47,210 bases of DNA. Source: a virus. Lineage: Duplodnaviria > Caudoviricetes. This document shows, piece by piece, positions 23,903 to 34,261 of the stretch; positions within the stretch are counted from its first letter, which is position 1, and each line of letters starts with the position of its first letter. A model generated the notes under the pieces. The model ran no database searches. It was not told where the DNA came from and saw only the letters and a list, made by a program, of their open reading frames with translations. The stretch is from the IMG/VR virus record IMGVR_UViG_3300032259_000007, positions 1 through 47,210 of that record; one strand, given 5' to 3'. A program made the translations under genes and the position numbers.

Positions 23903-25168
23903 CTAATATTGTATAGATCGGGGAGTCCCCCCGAAGTTAACGCCCATCCGTTTAACTAATTTGTCCGTGCCCAATGCTGATGACAAATTAGTCGATCGGT
24001 TGTCTAGTGTTTGCCACACGACCTGATCTTGATTAGCATCATAAGAAACCTCATTAATGTAAGCGTAGCGAGGGTCGGCTCCCGTCCCCGCCCATCCGGG
24101 TAACAAGTCCCGAATTCTAAGCCACTTATCAGGTCGCACATCCCAAGCCCTTACGAGATTTCCTTGCGGGGTGTAAATATTCGGGTCGTAATAAGCGTTA
24201 GTTACGTAAGCGTACTGGGTACTTGCGGGACGGTAATACGCGACCCTGTAACCTTTATTTGGGTCGTAGGGGTCAATCCCAACCAGCCAGCGTTCACCAT
24301 TAGAACCTGTTTCTGCTAATTTCTGAATTTGATCCCATGCGGATTGCCCCCCGCGCCGAAGCCCGCTACTGAGAACAGTTGTGTTTACGTTCCACTCCGA
24401 AGTGTCAATATCGTTAAAAAACAACCCCCACGACCATGGAGTCCATATATTTGTTCCATTTGCTGATGCTACATTTCCAAAAGATGGGAATAATGAAAGA
24501 CCTATAACAGTGCTAACGGGATAAATCGTTGCCCCCGCCAATTCATAGCTGTCATATTTAAGTGTATGGTAAAAACCCAAGCAATTAACCTTAATTGAGA
24601 AATTAGCCCCGCCCCCCGATTGTGCGCTAATCAAAGGATGCGCGTAATTTTCAGAGAGTACCCTTATAATCCCCGTCGCTGTACTAATTCCTGAATTGTA
24701 ATTAATCCCAAAATCGTAAGAACCAATAATCCAGCCGTATTTATAGCGCGACTCCAAATTGTCATAAGTGCTATTACTTATACCTTGCTGATTAGGGGAT
24801 ATTGTTGTGTCATGTATCAGGCATCTAAAATCATTCATCGTTTCATCTAGTGATATTGCAATGGTTAAATTACCCGTTGTAATTTCAATTCGGTTTATTA
24901 GCCCTTCCCATATCATTTCAGATGGGTTATCCGCCGTAAATTTAACCACCGAGCCGACGCGATTCAATAAGAATTGTTCGGCTTCGGATTTACTTAGTTT
25001 CAATTCTAGTGAGGCAACATCGAAGCCCCCCATCGCTTTGATCTTGTGTTTGTAATTGTATGCTAAATACCTGCCATGATTTCTACCCCATGAATGAGGT
25101 GCGCCCCCCGACCGTTCAACTTCAGCAGGGCGATCATACACATTCATGTAAATTAAAGGCGTTGCCAT
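23903..25168 (-). CDS. Tail-tip/hub protein
   Basis: GGFDVAS...IWEGLINRI pattern; second gene after the tape measure. Confidence 0.65.
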   Translation of the reverse strand: MATPLIYMNVYDRPAEVERSGGAPHSWGRNHGRYLAYNYKHKIKAMGGFDVASLELKLSKSEAEQFLLNRVGSVVKFTADNPSEMIWEGLINRIEITTGNLTIAISLDETMNDFRCLIHDTTISPNQQGISNSTYDNLESRYKYGWIIGSYDFGINYNSGISTATGIIRVLSENYAHPLISAQSGGGANFSIKVNCLGFYHTLKYDSYELAGATIYPVSTVIGLSLFPSFGNVASANGTNIWTPWSWGLFFNDIDTSEWNVNTTVLSSGLRRGGQSAWDQIQKLAETGSNGERWLVGIDPYDPNKGYRVAYYRPASTQYAYVTNAYYDPNIYTPQGNLVRAWDVRPDKWLRIRDLLPGWAGTGADPRYAYINEVSYDANQDQVVWQTLDNRSTNLSSALGTDKLVKRMGVNFGGTPRSIQY

Positions 25169-25170
25169 TA

Positions 25171-27081
25171 TTACACCTCAATGTCGGCTATATATGTACA
25201 CCTCGGGATGTAATTTACAGCAACAACCATTTTACCGCTAAAACCAGTCGAGCCGGATAGCCCTGAAGTGGTGGGGTCGTCGGGGGTTGATACTTCCTCG
25301 TAATCACTACCTAACGCTATTTTGTTTGTGTTCAGGAAGTGCAATACATTATCCTGATCAGGCAACAGCATAATATTCCCCCCGTTTAATTCGCATGTCA
25401 TCACCCGCCCGCTTTGCCCTGCTATATTGGGAGCCTCGGTTCCGATTGTGGCAATATCACCCGCCCGTCCGCGACCGGAATACCCTGTATTATCAAGGAC
25501 TATATTTTTATTGTCCCCCCCCGTAAGCGAATTATCAACAAAGTCGCCGGGTGACACTATAACGGCACTGGGTTCGTCAAACGGCACTAAGATCAAATCA
25601 ACGACCCTCACAACCAACCCCGCGCCCGAAGCCCGCGACCTGTGTCTTAATTCAATAGACAATGCCCCCGTAAAATCGTCGTCGATTAACAGTCCCGACA
25701 AATCTACTTCAGGGTTATTTCCGATCGGCAATTCAACCGTCCCCAATGACAACAAGCTAAAATTGTTAGCTGTTGTAACCGTGACTGGATTCGCATTGCG
25801 GGTGCTATCTTGGTAATTTTCTAAATACCCCGTTGCGTTCCCCGTCCGCGACTTAACCCTGACATACAAATCAAGATCAGTTGCCGTCCCGCTTACTAAT
25901 CTATGGCGCAAATAGACGTTATAACGCCCGCGCATAGCATTCGCTCTCAAGTAATACCCCCCGACCGGATTCGCAGGCGCGGGGAGTGGCGCATATCCCT
26001 GCCCCCAACCTAAAACCCCGTCGTCGTTTAACGCCCCCGCAGGGATTGTGACATCAGCCACATATTGCCCCGCGCCGTCGCTATGCGAAGCGACCCCCCC
26101 CATTCCTGTGTTGTAAGCAACCGTAATCGTGCCCGTTGTAATCAAGCCAGCGTCACCACCGTTATGTATTAATCTATCACGAACAAAACGCGACAGCCCC
26201 TCGGCAATAGAACTAACGGGGACGGGTTTTTTTGTTTGGCGTGAAATGAAAACCTGCCCCCATTTTGGCGACGAGTCAGGGAAATAAATCCCTATTGACG
26301 TAAGGGCGGGCGCGTCGCCGGGAATGTCTTCAGCAGGAATTGTAATAAAATTAGTTGTATATTCAGTATTTGACCCCGCTGGGTCGTGTTCCATTTTGTT
26401 GTAAATTTCCTGCTCGACATCACCTTTCAACCATACGGGGGCGGACGGGTTAACATTCGGAAGAAGCGTTAAGTCCCCCCGCGCCCAATCTTTCCACTCA
26501 CCCCGCCTGATAAATGCCGATTTCTTGGGGTTATCGCCCGGTGCAACCCCAACCCGCCAGTAAGGCTCCCGTGTTACAAGGATTGTTATATTTCGGGAGG
26601 TATTCGATTCGTCTTTGCTGGGATTCGCTATTGAGATTTCAATATTCTTGATTTTTGCGTATTGATGAATTTCAACACCTAAAGGCTTCCACTCTATATA
26701 CACAGGATCAATGGCATGGTAAGTGGTAGCTAACTCCCGCGCACGAGCGACCCACTTCTGTAATTTTGAAATATACCGCGCCATCTCAATAACGCTATTA
26801 CCTTTTACAAGACCGTTGAAGGTTTCTAAGACATCGGCGGGGGCGGTTGAGTTAAGCGCCCCCCCTTCTAGGGATGGATGGTCTACATATTGCCCCCCGC
26901 CCTTTAATGAGGCAATCTGAGGAGTCCAACCATTGTTATTTAAAATAACACCCACGTCGATAGGTTTGTCATGTTTCAAAAGAAGCATGTCTTTGCCTAA
27001 TTCGGCTGAATGTTGCTCCTCGCGGGGGACGGGAAGCCCCATTACAAACGCGACTAATTCATAATTTTTATCACTGATCAT
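25171..27081 (-). CDS. Distal tail protein with large beta-rich insertion
   Basis: Follows the tape measure; REPYW and LLPDQDN...YIPR Dit-like termini. Confidence 0.65.
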   Translation of the reverse strand: MISDKNYELVAFVMGLPVPREEQHSAELGKDMLLLKHDKPIDVGVILNNNGWTPQIASLKGGGQYVDHPSLEGGALNSTAPADVLETFNGLVKGNSVIEMARYISKLQKWVARARELATTYHAIDPVYIEWKPLGVEIHQYAKIKNIEISIANPSKDESNTSRNITILVTREPYWRVGVAPGDNPKKSAFIRRGEWKDWARGDLTLLPNVNPSAPVWLKGDVEQEIYNKMEHDPAGSNTEYTTNFITIPAEDIPGDAPALTSIGIYFPDSSPKWGQVFISRQTKKPVPVSSIAEGLSRFVRDRLIHNGGDAGLITTGTITVAYNTGMGGVASHSDGAGQYVADVTIPAGALNDDGVLGWGQGYAPLPAPANPVGGYYLRANAMRGRYNVYLRHRLVSGTATDLDLYVRVKSRTGNATGYLENYQDSTRNANPVTVTTANNFSLLSLGTVELPIGNNPEVDLSGLLIDDDFTGALSIELRHRSRASGAGLVVRVVDLILVPFDEPSAVIVSPGDFVDNSLTGGDNKNIVLDNTGYSGRGRAGDIATIGTEAPNIAGQSGRVMTCELNGGNIMLLPDQDNVLHFLNTNKIALGSDYEEVSTPDDPTTSGLSGSTGFSGKMVVAVNYIPRCTYIADIEV

Positions 27082-29867
27082 TATGGAAATCCTGACGTTA
27101 TTTGAAGTGCGGTATTTGTTGCTTGATTAGCTGAAGCAGGATTGCTTGGGTTAATCGTAGTGTTATTGTTATATGTCTGACTGTTATAGTATTCGCCACC
27201 GTATGGAATGCCGGGTAATGAGAGCGACCCCGGTAAGGCATTAGCGGTTGTGACCAAATTGCCAAATAATAAAGAGAGTGCGGTTAAGTCTGTAGTCAAT
27301 GCCCCCATGCTTGTCTGAACAGTCCCGACAAATTGATCAACTCGACCTTCGGTAACGCCTAATTCGGTGTCAGCGCGGGTGCTAAAATCACCAAAACTAC
27401 CCCCTGCCTCGTCTAATGCGAGCGCTAAATCGCTCCCTGATTGCTCGACGTTTTCATTCATATCGCCTATAAATTGGGTAACATTATCAGTGGCGGTTTC
27501 TGTTATAGTTTCTAATTCATCTAACGGAATACCCGCGTCGATCGCCATCTGTTCAATCGACGCGACTAGACCTTCCTCCCCTGTCACTTCTTCTAAGTCC
27601 CCCGCAAAACTTAATGCTTCAGTCAAAGCGTCCGTGTCTACCGCCTCGCCCCTAAATGCGGTAGACAACGATTCATTCAGGCTATCTTGTAAGACCGCAA
27701 CTGCGTCGTCGGCTATAGTATTGACGCTTTCCAAGTCTATAAAATCGGACATATCAGTAACATCGAGCAAAGCGGGGTTTTCAGACAACGCTAATAATTG
27801 AGCTTGAAACGCTTCAGCAAATTCCTCCGGCACATTTAATAATTCGGTTTCAGCGTCTAACATATTTTGTACAAATTCGGGACTTTCGGCATTTACCATT
27901 TCTTGCAATGCTTCAGCCGTTGATCGTACAGTGTCCTCGTCCGGGTAAAATTCTGTTAACAATTCACTACTGGATAAGTTTGCAATTGTTTCCATCGCAT
28001 CGCGTAAAGCGACTATTTGTTCTACGTCGCCAATTTCAACCGCCGAGTCAAATTGATCAGACAACTGGGTTAATAAGTCGCTAGACTCGACCCCCCGTGT
28101 TAAGGCATCAGAAACCGCGTCTTCAATGTCGGCGGTATTGTCAGCCGTTGCCAAGTCAATCTGTAATTCCCCTCCCGCCAAAGTTCCTAATGCTTCCCTA
28201 ATGCCATCACCTGAAGTGGTTGGTACAACATCCAGTACATCGGCAAGGGCTAAACCCAAACTAAAGAAGCCGTCGCTTATTGCCTCACGGACATCAAGCA
28301 AAACTTCTATTATTCGGTTGTCATCAAATGACATACGGAAAGAAGCACCAATGCTTGCGCCTGATTGCACATTATCAAAAAATGACTGTAAATCGCCTGC
28401 CATTTCATCAAGGAGTCCAGTAATGTCAAGCTGATCATCTAGGAACTCGCCCAACCCGACTGAAACGACACGCTTTGCGCGTTCAAGCGCGTCGGGTAAA
28501 TTACTGCTAAGTTCCACGCCTGCATCTTCAAGCGCACTATCAGTAACAATCAATTGTTCGTCAATATCGGTTAAGGCATCAAGAAATACCTGCGGGTTAA
28601 AATCCTCAAATTGAGTCCCGAATACTTCAACCGCCTGACGACTCCGCTCGGCGGGGTCTTCAATCCCCGACAATGCAAGCATTACTGAATTGATAAATTC
28701 GCCACCGGAAATCCTACCCTGCCGGAAATCTTCAGCAAGTTCGTCGACCCCTAAGTTTTCAAAAATCCCTTGTAATTCTTCGGGGTTTTCAGTTACCCGA
28801 ATTCTGAATTCACGAAACGAGTCGGCGATGCGGTCGGTGTTATCAATACCCGCGTCGAGTCCGGCGTTTAATAAATTCATTGCCCCTTCAGCGTCAAGCC
28901 CCAGCCCCTTGAACGTCGTGCCGTATTCGTTAAAGGTGTCTAGAAAATCGCCACCAATATTCAGCCCGTTCTGGAAACCCGTTTGCAGCACATCGCCCGC
29001 TTCGTCAAATGATGTTACTAAATCATTACGGACTAAGTTGACCATTGTTCTAAGGATTTCTTGTGGGTCTTCCCCGTTTATATCAGACAACATCAAAGCG
29101 TTTTCAGTCGCTTCTTCTAAGTTGCCCATTTCAATGCCGTATTGCTGTGAAAGACTTAATACCTCGGCAATTTCGGAGCGCGAACCGCCCCACCCATTGG
29201 TGAAAATGTCATTAATTAATTTATCAGCATCAGGTATCATTTCGCTTGTGGTGGCGTTCAAGCGACCTAAAATGCTATCCATTTCAAGCAACCCACTAAG
29301 TCCCGAAATATCGGCGAGTCCGGTAATAAAATCAACCGCCCCGCCCGTAATTGTGGTCGCTATCGAAATTACATTACTTGTATTTGACAGAAAATTAGTA
29401 AGGGCTTGATAGTCCGAACTTTCGTTAACATTAACATCGACATCAACGTCATCGCCATCAGCACTATCTATCTGCCGAATCAATTCAACCAATTCGGAAA
29501 GATTGACATTAACCCCTACGTCAATATTTTCCCCGTCAATGCCATCGACGGTTGTTTGTGTGTCGTCTAATTCAGTCGAGTCGACATCAACATCGACGTT
29601 AATTTCTTGCCCATCTAAATTGTCAATATCAGATTGAACATTAAGCAATTCACCCAGCGAAACACCCACGCCAATATTGACACCCTCAGAGTCGAGGCGA
29701 TCAATGTAACTAAAAACACCGCTTATCGCGGTGTCGTCAATGTTTACGCCTATATTAATGTCTTGCTCTAATTGGTTTAGAGTTCTGACTAAATCAGCTT
29801 TTTCCCTCTCAAGTTGTTTTGTATCTAACTTAACAAGGATTTCTAATTCAGGTGTATCGCCCGGCAT
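27081..29867 (-). CDS. Tape measure protein
   Basis: 928 aa, helical; DFLDTFNEY..F..LG, DRIADSFREF, VFGTQFED; follows the chaperone genes. Confidence 0.9.
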   Translation of the reverse strand: MPGDTPELEILVKLDTKQLEREKADLVRTLNQLEQDINIGVNIDDTAISGVFSYIDRLDSEGVNIGVGVSLGELLNVQSDIDNLDGQEINVDVDVDSTELDDTQTTVDGIDGENIDVGVNVNLSELVELIRQIDSADGDDVDVDVNVNESSDYQALTNFLSNTSNVISIATTITGGAVDFITGLADISGLSGLLEMDSILGRLNATTSEMIPDADKLINDIFTNGWGGSRSEIAEVLSLSQQYGIEMGNLEEATENALMLSDINGEDPQEILRTMVNLVRNDLVTSFDEAGDVLQTGFQNGLNIGGDFLDTFNEYGTTFKGLGLDAEGAMNLLNAGLDAGIDNTDRIADSFREFRIRVTENPEELQGIFENLGVDELAEDFRQGRISGGEFINSVMLALSGIEDPAERSRQAVEVFGTQFEDFNPQVFLDALTDIDEQLIVTDSALEDAGVELSSNLPDALERAKRVVSVGLGEFLDDQLDITGLLDEMAGDLQSFFDNVQSGASIGASFRMSFDDNRIIEVLLDVREAISDGFFSLGLALADVLDVVPTTSGDGIREALGTLAGGELQIDLATADNTADIEDAVSDALTRGVESSDLLTQLSDQFDSAVEIGDVEQIVALRDAMETIANLSSSELLTEFYPDEDTVRSTAEALQEMVNAESPEFVQNMLDAETELLNVPEEFAEAFQAQLLALSENPALLDVTDMSDFIDLESVNTIADDAVAVLQDSLNESLSTAFRGEAVDTDALTEALSFAGDLEEVTGEEGLVASIEQMAIDAGIPLDELETITETATDNVTQFIGDMNENVEQSGSDLALALDEAGGSFGDFSTRADTELGVTEGRVDQFVGTVQTSMGALTTDLTALSLLFGNLVTTANALPGSLSLPGIPYGGEYYNSQTYNNNTTINPSNPASANQATNTALQITSGFP

Positions 29868-29878
29868 AGGGTTTTGCC

Positions 29879-30103
29879 TTAATTGTTATTTTTTTTAGCT
29901 TCGGTTTCTTCATACATTTTTATGGCGGGGGAAGCCTTAGACAAAATAAGCCAGACAATTCGTCTGGCTCGGTTTTGGCGAGGCATTCCATACCATTGCT
30001 CATCAGTTAACCCGCTTTTCATAATTGCCTCGCTTTCAATCATGGCGTAACCGTTGCTAGTTATTTCAAGCAAGGACTCGAAGGCGGGGTGCGTTTTAAT
30101 CAA
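29879..30103 (-). CDS. Tail assembly chaperone, downstream frame (gpT-like)
   Basis: Between chaperone and tape measure; TTG start without RBS; frame stays open upstream into the chaperone. Confidence 0.6.
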   Translation of the reverse strand: MIKTHPAFESLLEITSNGYAMIESEAIMKSGLTDEQWYGMPRQNRARRIVWLILSKASPAIKMYEETEAKKNNN

Positions 30104-30641
30104 TTCGCTTACTGGAACGCCGTTTATCTTTTGGTTGAAAGTAAATGAACTGGTCGTCCACCTCCTTTTGTGTGACTAGCATTTTCCACCGTAAAGCGTC
30201 GTTAATTGATTGTATATCATCGGTGTTGACCAGTGCGAAAGTAAACAGAACGGTTTGCCAGTCTTCAGCCCCCTCGTATTTGCCGGGGTTTTTCGCCTTA
30301 AGTTTTTCAAGGTCGTCACTGAAAAACGCTACCAACTCGTCGCGCTGATCAACCGGAATCGAAACCCGTTCTGCGAATAAGGTTTCGTTAATATATCGCT
30401 TCCGTTTAACCAGTGTGCTAGTTAACATCCGTTGTAACAATACGTCTTGATAATCGATATACGTCGCTTCGGGGTCAAGCGCACCTTCTAGTTTCTTTTC
30501 AAACGGTTTTGTATCCGGTTCAGGGAACTTTTCCGTCGCGTCGTCGCCAATTGACAACAAATACGCCTGTGTAACTGGCTCGGCATGAACAGTTAAACCG
30601 TTTGTTAGTTCAATTTGTATAATCTGCCTCTTTAGATTCAT
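30096..30641 (-). CDS. Tail assembly chaperone (gpG-like)
   Basis: Synteny between tail tube and tape measure. Confidence 0.65.
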   Translation of the reverse strand: MNLKRQIIQIELTNGLTVHAEPVTQAYLLSIGDDATEKFPEPDTKPFEKKLEGALDPEATYIDYQDVLLQRMLTSTLVKRKRYINETLFAERVSIPVDQRDELVAFFSDDLEKLKAKNPGKYEGAEDWQTVLFTFALVNTDDIQSINDALRWKMLVTQKEVDDQFIYFQPKDKRRSSKRID

Positions 30642-30651
30642 AACTATTGAC

Positions 30652-32142
30652 CTATTCCGTAAATCTAATAATCATCCCCTTTGAGGAAACGACCTCGCCC
30701 ACGGCGAGCACCTTACGCTCATTATAAACCACAATTGAATTCAGTCCAACATTCGTGGGCATATCAATTTTTTCAATATCGCCCGCCCCCGCGCCACCGG
30801 AAATATCGCGGTATAAAGTGCTTGCACCTGATTTCGTGTGAAGTATAAACATATAAGCCCCGCGATACCCCGCAAAACCGAAGTCCGCAATTGACCCCGC
30901 AGAGAAAACATTCACGCTGACAAGTTCAAAAACAGGAGTCGCCTTGGTTGTATCTTTACAGACATAAACCGCGCCGTTATCAAGCCCGACATAAAGCCAA
31001 TTCGTGCGCTGGGGCGGAACACCTAACGCGGTAATTGTTTCGGTTGTTAAACCTGTAATGGTGATGACTCCATAAACACCATTCATATAACGAACCAGTG
31101 CGCCGTTTGTACCTCCTAGGAAAAACAAATCTTCAGTGGCAACTTTCGACTTGGTTAAGTCTTCAGTTGTGACAACTTTGGAAGAATTCGAGTCAGTCCA
31201 CAACACGCCATCAGTCGACTCGGAGATAAAGCCCCCCGCCCCCGCGCAAACAGCAAGATTAGAAGAAACTTTAATAACAGTTTCAGGAAAGTCCGTCCAC
31301 ACCCCTGCTAGGGTATACGCTGAGGCAGTCCCCATCACCACATCATCGATATCAGCATAGGAAATACCCACTAAATTAGAGGCGACTAATAATAGCCCTT
31401 GAAAAACGGCTAAATCGTCGATATTTTCCCCCGCCCCCGTTAAGGTATTAACCGCAGTCCATGCCCACGTTGTTCCTTTATCAGCAGAATAACCAACTTT
31501 AGCATTGGCGGGGACTGCGGTTTGATCGCCCCCCGCGAATGTGTGGTGGGCATAAGAAATTGCAATATTTACAGCTTCGGCTTCAGCTTCAGATTTATTA
31601 TCCGCAGAAATTAACTTATAACTTCCCAGCAACCTCCCGCCGTCGATACTTAACATGCGGTTTAATTTATCAACACCCGCCTCGCCAGTGCCCGCCCCCT
31701 TCTTCAGTGACCCACTAAAATCTTTTCCCGTTACAGTTGTATTAACAATCATAACGTGATTTTCGTAGTTTGTCGGTTTTGATAAGTCCCTGCAACCATT
31801 ACGAATTAAGAGATTAGTCAAATCAGGCAAGCACAAATCGCCCCCCGCGCCCGCAAGGTCGTCCATTAATTGGCGCGTTTTTCGAGTCATTGATAACGAT
31901 AATTGCGCGGTGTAAGCCTTCGGGTCGCTTGTATATTCTTTCTGAAGGTAAACGTCTTCCCCATTAGCCCCCGCGCCCCATCGATGTTGCACATCCCGAC
32001 CGCCCCCCGAAGGGTTGTTAATTCCATGTTGAATGCCTATCGTCTTCCAAGGATAACCTGCGCCCCCACTCTGAACTGAAACGATATTTTGTGAACGACT
32101 ATTTCCCCAATCGCTATCGCTTGGAACGGTTGAATTACTCAT
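30652..32142 (-). CDS. Probable major tail protein with C-terminal beta-propeller
   Basis: Tail-tube position; AGAGGG RBS; Asp-box-like YSADKGTTW and ESTDGVLW with ~45-aa blade periodicity. Confidence 0.6.
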   Translation of the reverse strand: MSNSTVPSDSDWGNSRSQNIVSVQSGGAGYPWKTIGIQHGINNPSGGGRDVQHRWGAGANGEDVYLQKEYTSDPKAYTAQLSLSMTRKTRQLMDDLAGAGGDLCLPDLTNLLIRNGCRDLSKPTNYENHVMIVNTTVTGKDFSGSLKKGAGTGEAGVDKLNRMLSIDGGRLLGSYKLISADNKSEAEAEAVNIAISYAHHTFAGGDQTAVPANAKVGYSADKGTTWAWTAVNTLTGAGENIDDLAVFQGLLLVASNLVGISYADIDDVVMGTASAYTLAGVWTDFPETVIKVSSNLAVCAGAGGFISESTDGVLWTDSNSSKVVTTEDLTKSKVATEDLFFLGGTNGALVRYMNGVYGVITITGLTTETITALGVPPQRTNWLYVGLDNGAVYVCKDTTKATPVFELVSVNVFSAGSIADFGFAGYRGAYMFILHTKSGASTLYRDISGGAGAGDIEKIDMPTNVGLNSIVVYNERKVLAVGEVVSSKGMIIRFTE

Positions 32143-32156
32143 TATGCCCTCTTTCG

Positions 32157-32660
32157 TTATATCTTGCGCTTGATTTTTTTATAGATAGTCCGCGTGATTT
32201 CGTCTTTCATTGTTTCAGCGTAATGTTTCGTAAAATCGCGGTTTTTAATACCGGGGTGCATAACCCGTTTTCTGATTATAGTCGCCCCTGATCTTTTCCC
32301 ATCACCCACATTAGCTTGTGCAATCGGTCGAGTTTTGGCGTTGTAATTTTGCCTGAAGGCGAGTGCCCCATTCGGGTCTTTAGGTTCAATGGGGTACTTT
32401 TTCTTATCTTTTCCATATAACCCCGTCCCTAAATTGACATACACCCACAGCATTTTATGGCGACCTACAGCCCGCGCCCGAAGTTCAATTCCCTTGGTTA
32501 CGTGTTCAACTGTAAAAACCCACTTGGGCTTATTTTTCCAGTTCGCTATAGTCAGGCGATTATATACATGCCAATCGCGCCCGACTTCTTCTAGCCCATC
32601 AACCAGCCCCGCTTCAAGATCGTTAAACCAGCGCGTAATTTGACGGGCGATATTAGCCAT
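32157..32660 (-). CDS. Neck/tail-completion protein (HK97 gp10-like)
   Basis: YVNLGTG...VMHPGIK..DF; basic; synteny. Confidence 0.7.
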   Translation of the reverse strand: MANIARQITRWFNDLEAGLVDGLEEVGRDWHVYNRLTIANWKNKPKWVFTVEHVTKGIELRARAVGRHKMLWVYVNLGTGLYGKDKKKYPIEPKDPNGALAFRQNYNAKTRPIAQANVGDGKRSGATIIRKRVMHPGIKNRDFTKHYAETMKDEITRTIYKKIKRKI

Positions 32661-32666
32661 TGCGCC

Positions 32667-32909
32667 CTACCCTTTAACCCAAAGTTCGGAAGTAATGAAT
32701 GAATGCACGTCTTCAGGCTTGGAATTTACAAACCACTCGCCGTCATTTTCAAACGGTTTATATTGCTTGCATGTCCGCGCCCCGACTTGGGTTTTAGGGT
32801 CAACTGGTTTTACAAATTTCAGTAAAACATGGCTCGTGCCGGTCTTTTTGGTTGTTTTACTTTTTGGCGGTTCCGGCGTTGTTTCTTCCTTGCTTGTTTC
32901 ATCATTCAT
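32667..32909 (-). CDS. Hypothetical protein
   Basis: Overlaps the upstream stop. Confidence 0.65.
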   Translation of the reverse strand: MNDETSKEETTPEPPKSKTTKKTGTSHVLLKFVKPVDPKTQVGARTCKQYKPFENDGEWFVNSKPEDVHSFITSELWVKG

Positions 32910-33994
32910 GTTGAAAAACCACCTTTATATAACTTGTGTGTTTCGATTAATCGCCACGCCTCTTTTTGTCCGTGTTTCCGCCCGAACTCAAAGTCCACGT
33001 CGCGCTCGTCCTCATAAGCTGTATTGTCAGTGTTCCAGATAGTGTTATTGTCAAGACAATTACCATGATCAGCCGTCAGTACATTCGTGTTAGCCAAATG
33101 ACAAACCGCCTTAATTAGATCGTTTTCATAAAACCCGCTTGCTTCAGGCTTGCCAGCGCGGTACGAAACCTCGACGTGGCTTACTTGCGCCGTCAGATTT
33201 ACAGCGTTATCTAATTCAACCGTGAATTCGCCTTCTTCAGCGTTGATCAGGTAAGGGGTTAATGTGCCCCTGTTGCCTTTATAATCAATCGCTTCAACGG
33301 CGGTCGTTGAATTAGAGTAAACCCTGAATACATCAACCGCCGTTACGAAATGATCAGCATTAGAAGAAATGGCATAGTTAACCGATAATTCCTCATTACC
33401 CGGCAATTTATAACTTTGGCTCCATATTGAAGGCTTTACAAACAATGATCTATGCCCCGCGATTGTTGCGACCGTACCGGAAACCACAACTGTTAAGGGC
33501 ATAATCTCATATAGCGGACTGGCTTCTATACCGCCGTCCGAAACTTGGAAATAAACCTTTATTTCTTCAGGGGCGGTGCCAACCGGAACCGTCGCTGTAA
33601 TTGTTGCCTGATCATTATCAGGGAAATCGGCGACCGATTTTGAATAAGCAACTGAAGCCCCCGCTTCTAATGAGGTAATAGCCCGAACGCCAAAACTTTG
33701 AATAAAGCCGTATTTAGTACACATAACTTGATTAAGCCCCCGCCCCTTCAGGTCGATTCTCTCTTTAACTTCATAGACCGGAAGCGGTGCGAAGTTCAAA
33801 GCGGTCTTAACACGGTTGAAGGCATACCGCAACTCCCGCGCATAGTAATCCCGCGCATATTGGGTAAAACCTAGGCACCCGTATTCGGGAACCGAGTCGC
33901 CGTCAATCTGATTAAACCACCACTGATTGATCAGGTTATGTTTTCTGAATTCGTCTAACAATCCGTAAGTTTTAAAGTTCGGGCTAATAGCCAT
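32906..33994 (-). CDS. Head-tail adaptor-like protein
   Basis: VEVSYRAG...LIKAVCHLA adaptor-like ending; synteny. Confidence 0.6.
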   Translation of the reverse strand: MAISPNFKTYGLLDEFRKHNLINQWWFNQIDGDSVPEYGCLGFTQYARDYYARELRYAFNRVKTALNFAPLPVYEVKERIDLKGRGLNQVMCTKYGFIQSFGVRAITSLEAGASVAYSKSVADFPDNDQATITATVPVGTAPEEIKVYFQVSDGGIEASPLYEIMPLTVVVSGTVATIAGHRSLFVKPSIWSQSYKLPGNEELSVNYAISSNADHFVTAVDVFRVYSNSTTAVEAIDYKGNRGTLTPYLINAEEGEFTVELDNAVNLTAQVSHVEVSYRAGKPEASGFYENDLIKAVCHLANTNVLTADHGNCLDNNTIWNTDNTAYEDERDVDFEFGRKHGQKEAWRLIETHKLYKGGFST

Positions 33995-33998
33995 TCAA

Positions 33999-34259
33999 TC
34001 ATTCCTTTGGAATTTCAATCAAGTCGGCGGGGTTTATAATCTTGTTTGTTTTACGCCCCCGCGTTTTCCGTTTCGGGGTTACTTCGGGCTGATCAGCGTA
34101 AAACCATTTACCTGTGCTGGTTAGTAATTCCCCGTCGCTTGTGTAAACGCTTAAGGGTTTACCCGGCACGTATTGATAAACAGCAACCGCCCCGAAGACC
34201 GCGCCCAAAGGTAACTCGTCGTCATTGGCTTTGACAATGTTTACTTTTTTATCAGCCAT
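33999..34259 (-). CDS. Hypothetical protein
   Basis: Operon context after the capsid. Confidence 0.65.
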   Translation of the reverse strand: MADKKVNIVKANDDELPLGAVFGAVAVYQYVPGKPLSVYTSDGELLTSTGKWFYADQPEVTPKRKTRGRKTNKIINPADLIEIPKE

Positions 34260-34261
34260 TG

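Noticed and set aside
27367-29409. Long plus-strand ORFs opposite the tape measure, and similar shadow ORFs elsewhere (e.g. 3372-3662, 4513-5016, 25427-25816)
   Set aside because: Antisense shadows of well-supported genes; Ser-rich, no RBS.
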